Origin: a virus
Taxonomy: Duplodnaviria > Heunggongvirae > Uroviricota > Caudoviricetes
IMG/VR virus record: IMGVR_UViG_3300043313_000558
Direction: 5' to 3' (one strand)
Length of the DNA stretch: 13,989 nucleotides
Made by a program: the position numbers and the translations under genes. The notes beneath the pieces were generated by a model. It searched no databases. It was not told the origin of the DNA and worked only from the letters and a program-made list of their open reading frames with translations. Shown in pieces: positions 1 through 5,178 of the stretch. Every line of letters starts with the position of its first letter. The stretch's first letter is position 1.

Positions 1-66
1 GCGGATCTGGGCCTTGGCCCTGCTCAGACGGTCTCGTAGCGCCGTCAGCTCTCGGTAGTCGCTCAC
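1..66 (-). CDS. 5' end of the next minus-strand gene (MSDYRELTALRDRLSRAKAQIR..., runs off the window); position suggests a neck/tail-completion protein
   Basis: GTG at 66-64 preceded by SD-like AAGGCGG at a 5-nt spacing, with 22 open codons to the window edge. Product guessed from gene order only. Confidence 0.5.
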   Translation of the reverse strand, partial: MSDYRELTALRDRLSRAKAQIR

Positions 67-80
67 CAGGACCGCCTTGG
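63..80 (-). repeat. Imperfect direct repeat, copy 1 (CCAAGGCGGTCCTGGTGA on the minus strand)
   Basis: 14 of 17 aligned positions match 486-502 (CCAAGGCGTCATGGTAG), including an exact 8-mer. The two copies flank the HNH gene. Confidence 0.6.
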
Positions 81-81
81 G

Positions 82-87
82 TATGGT
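82..87 (+). promoter_or_regulatory. Possible -10 hexamer (TATGGT) for a leaderless HNH transcript
   Basis: TANNNT hexamer ends 5 nt before the ATG at 93. There is no SD before that ATG and no recognisable -35. Confidence 0.3.
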
Positions 88-92
88 GCAGC

Positions 93-494
93 ATGGAGAA
101 GTTCTGGAACCACGTCGAGAAGACGGAAACCTGCTGGCTCTGGCGAGGACCGGTAGGGAACCACGGGTACGGGGTGTTCTACACCGGATCGAAGCGCTAC
201 CTGGCCCACCGGTGGGTGATGGGGGACATCCCGAAGGGGATGCACATCGACCACCTGTGCCGGGTGGTCCTGTGCGTACGACCACTTCACCTGGAGATCG
301 TCACCCCGGGCGAGAACACCCGCCGAGCCACCCCGTACCGGAAGAGCCGTACCCGGACGCACTGCGCCAACGGTCACGAGATCACCCCTTCCAGCCATGT
401 GATCCGGGTGCAGGAGCGCTCTGAGGCCTTCCGATGCCTGGTCTGCGATCGGGAGAAGAGTGCGCGGTACGCCGCGAAGCGAGCTCTACCATGA
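93..494 (+). CDS. HNH homing endonuclease (HNH_3-like, with C-terminal Cys/His zinc-finger DNA-binding module)
   Basis: CWLWRG...GYG...AHR...IDHLCR..CV.P.HLE.VT..EN.RR, followed by THCANGH...RCLVC. Antisense to all neighbouring genes. Confidence 0.92.
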   Translation: MEKFWNHVEKTETCWLWRGPVGNHGYGVFYTGSKRYLAHRWVMGDIPKGMHIDHLCRVVLCVRPLHLEIVTPGENTRRATPYRKSRTRTHCANGHEITPSSHVIRVQERSEAFRCLVCDREKSARYAAKRALP

Positions 495-502
495 CGCCTT
501 GG
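486..502 (-). repeat. Imperfect direct repeat, copy 2 (3' end of stopper gene, codons K-A-S-W-stop)
   Basis: See copy 1 at 63-80. Confidence 0.6.
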
Positions 503-899
503 TGCTTTCCACGACCTGCACGCGGAACCGACGCGACGCTCGCAAGCCGCCACCTCGGACCACGGACAGGATGTTGACCATCCGACCGACCAGGTCGGAG
601 TCCACGCTCATGGTGATCTGCACGACATCGTCGGCCTCGGGAACCACTGAGTTGAACGGCAGGCTCAGGTAGGCCTCGGTGGTGGTGATCTGCTCGTCCC
701 CCACGACGATCTGAGAGCCTGCGTTGACCTCCCAGAACCGGCAGGGCCCGTCGTACTTGATCTCGCCCTGAAGACGCACTGCGTCGCCGGTATCGGGGTC
801 CACCACGATCTCGCCCGGGGTCCAGATCGTACAGGCGTCCACCATGTGCTCGGTGGTCCGCTTGCGCACGTAGGAAGCGGCGAACGGAGAGATCCTCAC
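486..899 (-). CDS. Head-to-tail stopper / head-closure protein (DUF6093-like), 137 aa
   Basis: Beta-rich 'DACTIW...G.IV.DPDTG...KYDGPCRF' pattern directly after the adaptor. Start moved from 917 to GTG 899: GTGA overlap with the adaptor stop and SD GGGAGGG at 915-909. Confidence 0.7.
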   Translation of the reverse strand: MRISPFAASYVRKRTTEHMVDACTIWTPGEIVVDPDTGDAVRLQGEIKYDGPCRFWEVNAGSQIVVGDEQITTTEAYLSLPFNSVVPEADDVVQITMSVDSDLVGRMVNILSVVRGGGLRASRRFRVQVVESTKASW

Positions 900-1366
900 C
901 GGTACCAGCCCTCCCACTCCGGACTCAGGTACGCGGCCTCGTCACCTCGGTCCTGCGGACCGGCCTCGACGAAGTCGTGCATGCCCGTGCCGAAGGCGGG
1001 ACGGGTGACCGTGGGGTCGGGCTGCTCACCGGCATTGATGCCGCCCATGCTTACCTCGCCGCCGGTGAGCAGCGTTTCGTGCTGGCGCAGCAGGCGCGCA
1101 GCCAGATCTAGGTACTTGCGTTGCAGCTCTGAGGTGCCGACGGTCTGGCTGTCGGAGGTGGTGGTGACCTCACGGGAGAACTTGGCCGCGATAGCCTCAC
1201 ACGCCATCGCGGCCACGTAGTAGATCGACCCCTTGGGGTACCAGATGTCGATCAGCCAGCTGATCTCGTCATCCTGGAGAAAGACCTCGGTCTCGTCGGC
1301 GTCACCCACGAGGAAGCGGACCTGGTCAAGCTTGGTGACCAGGCCGCTGTCGTAGGAGAACCCCAT
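896..1366 (-). CDS. Head-to-tail adaptor (connector) protein, 156 aa
   Basis: 'FSYD...LDQVRFLVGD.D...FLQDDEI.WL...YYVAAMACEAIAAKF' is the typical helical adaptor pattern, and the gene lies downstream of the capsid gene. Confidence 0.8.
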   Translation of the reverse strand: MGFSYDSGLVTKLDQVRFLVGDADETEVFLQDDEISWLIDIWYPKGSIYYVAAMACEAIAAKFSREVTTTSDSQTVGTSELQRKYLDLAARLLRQHETLLTGGEVSMGGINAGEQPDPTVTRPAFGTGMHDFVEAGPQDRGDEAAYLSPEWEGWYR

Positions 1367-1372
1367 CGATGA

Positions 1373-1804
1373 TCAGCTCTTCGATTCGACCTTCGGAGCT
1401 GAACCAGTCGACACCCGGGTCCGCTCGGAGTCCTTCTGAGGACCACGGCCCTTCTTGCGCTCCTCGCGCTCCTTGGCGCGCTGCTGACGCTGCTCCTTCT
1501 GGCCTTCCACAGCTCCTTCGGCGACCTCTTCGGCAGTGGCCTCGGCTGAGGTGTCCTCGACCTTGGCGTCCGGGCCGTTCTGCTCGGACTCCTCGACGTC
1601 CTCGACGTACAGGCCCTGCTTGACCGAGTGCATCTCCAGGTAGTCCTGGACCTCCTCGTTGGCGGCGTCCAGGTCCTTGTCCAGGTCCGAGGTGGGCACG
1701 TAGTCGCCCGAGGCCTTGTCCTGGTCACGCTTGTCGGAGGCCTCGGAGATCCGCTGGCTTACGGTCTTCTTGGCGGTACGGGTGCTGCTCTGGTTCTCGG
1801 GCAT
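1373..1804 (-). CDS. Hypothetical highly charged, probably disordered protein, 143 aa
   Basis: TAATG coupling with the upstream gene, SD GAAAGGA, typical codon usage. E/D/K/R-rich with few hydrophobic residues. Confidence 0.75.
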   Translation of the reverse strand: MPENQSSTRTAKKTVSQRISEASDKRDQDKASGDYVPTSDLDKDLDAANEEVQDYLEMHSVKQGLYVEDVEESEQNGPDAKVEDTSAEATAEEVAEGAVEGQKEQRQQRAKEREERKKGRGPQKDSERTRVSTGSAPKVESKS

Positions 1805-2319
1805 TACTTTGTTTCCTTTCGCGGGGCGGGGGGCGTCTTGTCCCCACGCGTCAGCTTGCGACCGAGGGCACCTTCGGCGACCTCCAGGGTGGTGGGACCC
1901 TCGGGTCGTTCGACCCCAGGCTGTTGGGTGGCCTTGAGCTTGTCGTGGATGATGACCTGCTCTTCGGCCTCGTCCTCGGCTCGCAGGACTTCCTCAGGCG
2001 GCTCGCCCTCTTCGGTGGGGTCCTCCGGGTCTGGGAACTGCGGCACGCTGCGGGTGCCCATCGGGTCGCCCTCCAGAACCGCCTTGACCTCGTCCATCGT
2101 CTTCACGTCGTTGAACAGGTGCGGAGGCAGCCAGTCGTAGCCCTCGTCGGGGGCGTAAGGCCAGATGAACCGGTTGTCGATCAGCACCTGCAGGTTGCCG
2201 AACTGCTCGGCCTCCTCGTTAGGGATCACCGACCCGGCTTCATGCACACCGAACTCGCTCTGGAAGGTCTGCCCGGCGATGTAGGCCACCCCGGGAACGT
2301 GCTGGAAGTTACCCGGCAT
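1804..2319 (-). CDS. Hypothetical acidic protein, 171 aa (folded N-terminal half, Pro/Glu-rich C-terminal half)
   Basis: SD GGAGG at 2329-2325 and an 11-nt overlap with the upstream gene. No family recognised. Confidence 0.8.
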   Translation of the reverse strand: MPGNFQHVPGVAYIAGQTFQSEFGVHEAGSVIPNEEAEQFGNLQVLIDNRFIWPYAPDEGYDWLPPHLFNDVKTMDEVKAVLEGDPMGTRSVPQFPDPEDPTEEGEPPEEVLRAEDEAEEQVIIHDKLKATQQPGVERPEGPTTLEVAEGALGRKLTRGDKTPPAPRKETK

Positions 2320-2710
2320 TAGTGCCTCCGTGCTTCTTTTCCCATCGGGAGTCGATCTTGGAACGGATCTTGGTGGCCCGCTTGCCCTTGCTGTTCTTGT
2401 TCAGGGTGAGCGCTCCCGCAGAAGCTCCACCGGCAGCACCAGCAGCTGCCATGGTGCCCACGAAGCCCTTGAAGTTGCGGACCTTGTAAGGAGCTCCGAC
2501 GCGCTTGATCCCCCGGTGAACACCCCAGGAGCTGCCGACACCGCCACCGATCGCACCAGCGACCCCGGCGTTACGAGCGTTCTCACCGCGGCTGTTGTTC
2601 ACCGCCTGACGGTTCATCGAGTGCTTGCGCTGCGACGGACGGGTCTTGGTCTCGAACGGGTCGGACTTGGAGATCTCGTCGCCGTGGTCGATGCCCCAGT
2701 AGCTGATCAT
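2309..2710 (-). CDS. Small basic protein with two Gly/Ala-rich hydrophobic segments and an N-terminal leader ending in ISK, 133 aa; putative internal virion protein
   Basis: MISYWGIDHGDEISK leader, then AGVAGAIGGGVG and MAAAGAAGGASAGAL segments, K/R-rich. ATGA-coupled to the upstream mini-gene. Function is inferred. Confidence 0.75.
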   Translation of the reverse strand: MISYWGIDHGDEISKSDPFETKTRPSQRKHSMNRQAVNNSRGENARNAGVAGAIGGGVGSSWGVHRGIKRVGAPYKVRNFKGFVGTMAAAGAAGGASAGALTLNKNSKGKRATKIRSKIDSRWEKKHGGTNAG

Positions 2711-2799
2711 CCGCGCCTCCCGAGAATGAACATGAGCAGCGCGATGATCAACAGCACGCCGACGATGATCCAGATGATGTTGCCGCCACCGATGTCCAT
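2707..2799 (-). CDS. 30-aa single-pass membrane peptide MDIGGGNIIWIIVGVLLIIALLMFILGRRG (not in the ORF track)
   Basis: ATG at 2799 with SD TAAGGAG at 2810-2804. One uninterrupted hydrophobic stretch is followed by RR. Its TGA overlaps the next ATG (ATGA), and it fills the gap after the hairpin. Confidence 0.85.
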   Translation of the reverse strand: MDIGGGNIIWIIVGVLLIIALLMFILGRRG

Positions 2800-2815
2800 G
2801 GTTCTCCTTACGACT

Positions 2816-2849
2816 GGAGGGGGACCGGGACCGAACCCGATCCCCCTCC
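2816..2849 (-). terminator. GC-rich stem-loop downstream of the major capsid gene (terminator/attenuator or mRNA-stabilising hairpin)
   Basis: GGAGGGGGAUCGGG-UUCGGU-CCCGGUCCCCCUCC forms a 14-bp stem with one U-G pair that exists only in the minus-strand RNA. There is no U-tract. Confidence 0.7.
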
Positions 2850-2862
2850 GAGGCCGAATCGA

Positions 2863-3861
2863 TCAGGCGACAGCGTTCGCGAGGAAGACGCCGACGTCCT
2901 TGGAGATCAGCCGCATGTCGTAGGTCATCTCACCCTCGATGCGGTCGGACCGGATGTTCTCCTGACGGAACCGGCTCATCCGGATGCCCTGGCTGTTCCC
3001 AGAGAGGTAGCCGTTCCAGGTGAACGTGTAACCCGAGGCGGGCTGCATGATCGACGGCGAGCTCGGGGTGTAGCACAGGAGGACACCGTTGGGGTTGGCG
3101 ATGAAGCCGTAGCTGGCTGCGAGGTCCTGGGCCTTGGCGTCCGGGATCTGCGGGCCGGTGCTCACCGTCGCGTAGCTGACCAGGATCCGGTCCACATCGA
3201 ACAGCGTGGAGATCAGGTCGGTGGTGACGATGCCCTTTTGGGTGTACTTGATCCGGTCAATGATCGCCGGGTGGTTCTTGAGCGACTTCAGCACGTTCGC
3301 GCCCATGACCATGGTGTTGGCCTTGAACCCGGTGGACTGGATGAACGCGATCTGCAGCGTGGCCAGCTGGGAGATCGGGTCCGAGGTCGCCAGGTTCCAC
3401 TGGAGGAACTGGTTACCGGTCGGGTTGGAGCCCACACCGGTGTAGTCCGCGCCCCACACGCCCGCCTTGAAGTAGGTGGCCGCCCAGTCGATGTCCCGCT
3501 TGAGCAGGAGCTGGTTGGTCACGAAGCTCGTGGCGTCGGAGTCCAGCTTGAAGTTGGAGTCCGCGTTGGCTCGCAGCTGGTCGTCGATGTCCTTGTGGAC
3601 GCCGTAGACGTGCGCGAAGTAGGTGTCCGTGTCCACGTTCCAGCCGACACCCGGGGTCTCGGTGGACGGGGCCCGACGTTCGACGTCGGTACGCCGCCAG
3701 TCGGACTTGGAGTACTTCCAGTACAGGTCGGACTGCTTCTGGACCTGGACCAGTGGGAACACCTTGGTCGCGATGAAGGCGTCGGCCTTCTGGATATACG
3801 CGACGGAGACGTTGGTGAGGGGCTGGTTAATGTGCAGGTCAGCCTGAGTGGGGTTCGGCAT
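2863..3861 (-). CDS. Major capsid protein (HK97 fold, lambda gpE-like family), 332 aa
   Basis: 'LHINQPLTNVSVAY.Q....FIA..VFP.V.V.KQSD.Y..Y' N-terminus typical of this capsid family. SD GAAAGGA. Directly follows scaffold and decoration genes. Confidence 0.93.
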   Translation of the reverse strand: MPNPTQADLHINQPLTNVSVAYIQKADAFIATKVFPLVQVQKQSDLYWKYSKSDWRRTDVERRAPSTETPGVGWNVDTDTYFAHVYGVHKDIDDQLRANADSNFKLDSDATSFVTNQLLLKRDIDWAATYFKAGVWGADYTGVGSNPTGNQFLQWNLATSDPISQLATLQIAFIQSTGFKANTMVMGANVLKSLKNHPAIIDRIKYTQKGIVTTDLISTLFDVDRILVSYATVSTGPQIPDAKAQDLAASYGFIANPNGVLLCYTPSSPSIMQPASGYTFTWNGYLSGNSQGIRMSRFRQENIRSDRIEGEMTYDMRLISKDVGVFLANAVA

Positions 3862-3876
3862 TAGTCAGATCCTTTC

Positions 3877-4287
3877 TCAGGACAGCCGCAGGAGGACTGG
3901 AAACAGGACGTTTGCTCCAGATGCCGCCCCGAGGGCTACCCCCATCACGTCGGCCGCCGTGGTCGTGGTAACTCCACGGCCCTGCGCATCCGAGGTGACG
4001 AGATCGCCAGCCGCGACGGCGGCACTGGCCATCACGTTGGTCACCCCGAAGATGCCCACCTGGGCAGCTTGTCCGGTGACCTGGGGCTTGTTCTGCATGA
4101 CGCCCACCGCGTTATCGGTGGCCGCGACGGCCAGACCCACCTGGTGAAGGCCGGTGACCTTCACGAAGCGGTACTGGAAACCGTAGTTAACGGCGGGTGC
4201 ACCCGGGATGCCCGGGACTCCCGTGTACACGGCCAGGGAGGCATCCGCGTTCAGCGAGATGCTCTTTAGGCTCTCTTCGTAGCTCAT
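3877..4287 (-). CDS. Capsid decoration/cement protein (DUF2190-like beta-tulip type), 136 aa
   Basis: 'YRFVKV......A....AVGV.QNKP..GQAA.V...G.T.V.A...VAAGD.VTSDA.GR.V......G.AL..A' pattern, located between scaffold and capsid. SD GAAAGGGA. Confidence 0.8.
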   Translation of the reverse strand: MSYEESLKSISLNADASLAVYTGVPGIPGAPAVNYGFQYRFVKVTGLHQVGLAVAATDNAVGVMQNKPQVTGQAAQVGIFGVTNVMASAAVAAGDLVTSDAQGRGVTTTTAADVMGVALGAASGANVLFPVLLRLS

Positions 4288-4302
4288 CTGCTAATCCCTT
4301 TC

Positions 4303-5010
4303 TCAGCCGCGCTCGGCGAGGTACTGGTCGTAGGCCTCGGGGTTCTGACCGAAGACCTCGGAGACGAGCTCTTCCCGCGAGTAGTTCGCGCCCTTGGCGA
4401 CGTAGCCGTCGACGTGGGCGTTGACCATGGCGAGGACGTCGGAGTTGTCTCCGCCGCCGACCGAACCGATCTCCTCGTAGAGGACGTTCCCGGCGTCGGA
4501 AGCGAAAGCGAGGGCCTTACCGATGACCTCGCAGTCCTCGAAGCTGAGCTTCTCGGCCGCGTGCTTGAGGGTCTCGCCGAGCTGCTCGGCGTTCAGGCCC
4601 GGGAGGTCGTAGCTCTTGGCGATCTCCACGTACTCCTGGGTGAGCCGGATGTCGCGCTCTTCCTCGGCAGCCCGCTTGGCGATCTCGGTGGCCTCGGTGA
4701 GGGCCTCGATCTGGGAGAAGGCCTTGTTGATGACCGCGTCACGGTCACGGTCGGTGAGGGCCTTGGAAAGCTCCTCACGCAGGCCTTCGGAGAAGCCCTT
4801 GGCGACCGGCTGGCGCTGGGTCTCCCGCTTGGCGAAGGGGTTGGTGAAGGACTTGGCCACGGCGAGCTCGGGCTCACGCTCTTCGACCTGCTCTTCGGTG
4901 TCGTCGTCAGCCTGGATCTCGTAGGCGTCGCCAGTAGCGTCGTAGACCACGTCACCGATCTCCAGAGCATCCTCGTCGAGCGGGTTGCCCAGCTCGTCAT
5001 AGATGTCCAT
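4303..5010 (-). CDS. Scaffolding protein, nested short form starting at Met43 (MDIYDELG..., 235 aa)
   Basis: In-frame ATG at 5010 preceded by TAAGGAG at a 6-nt spacing, a stronger SD than that of the long form. Confidence 0.6.
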   Translation of the reverse strand: MDIYDELGNPLDEDALEIGDVVYDATGDAYEIQADDDTEEQVEEREPELAVAKSFTNPFAKRETQRQPVAKGFSEGLREELSKALTDRDRDAVINKAFSQIEALTEATEIAKRAAEEERDIRLTQEYVEIAKSYDLPGLNAEQLGETLKHAAEKLSFEDCEVIGKALAFASDAGNVLYEEIGSVGGGDNSDVLAMVNAHVDGYVAKGANYSREELVSEVFGQNPEAYDQYLAERG

Positions 5011-5136
5011 GTAGTTCTCCTTATCGCCATCGGCAGACTTTGCGATGGTCACGGTCGCGTGCTGGTTAGCACCCTTATCCACCAGAGAGATCTCGTCGAT
5101 GACGAGGTCCTGGATTTCTCTCACCTTGCGGGTCAT
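4303..5136 (-). CDS. Scaffolding protein, long form (277 aa), with an N-terminal prohead-protease fragment (EISLVDKGAN)
   Basis: Acidic, helical, coiled-coil-like body upstream of decoration and capsid genes. The first ~33 aa match the 'l..l.i.E[IV]SLVD..AN..A.....K' segment of HK97/XkdF-type proteases. SD GAGG. Confidence 0.8.
   Translation of the reverse strand: MTRKVREIQDLVIDEISLVDKGANQHATVTIAKSADGDKENYMDIYDELGNPLDEDALEIGDVVYDATGDAYEIQADDDTEEQVEEREPELAVAKSFTNPFAKRETQRQPVAKGFSEGLREELSKALTDRDRDAVINKAFSQIEALTEATEIAKRAAEEERDIRLTQEYVEIAKSYDLPGLNAEQLGETLKHAAEKLSFEDCEVIGKALAFASDAGNVLYEEIGSVGGGDNSDVLAMVNAHVDGYVAKGANYSREELVSEVFGQNPEAYDQYLAERG
5017..5023 (-). promoter_or_regulatory. Internal Shine-Dalgarno site TAAGGAG inside the scaffold gene
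   Basis: TAAGGAGAACTACATG. The same TAAGGAGAAC 10-mer precedes the 30-aa gene (2810-2801). Confidence 0.65.
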
Positions 5137-5178
5137 CTTCTCTACCTCGCTTCTAGTCTCGTGGGCTGCGCAATAGGC

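Noticed and set aside
63-424. Alternative ORFs 63-398 (-) and 77-424 (+) over the HNH gene
   Set aside because: Pro/Arg-rich shadow frames. The HNH frame has the full motif set.
5137-5178. Possible internal promoter before the scaffold gene (TTGCGC ... TAGAAG)
   Set aside because: The spacing is 12 nt and the second hexamer is not TANNNT. A phage-specific late promoter cannot be excluded but is unsupported.
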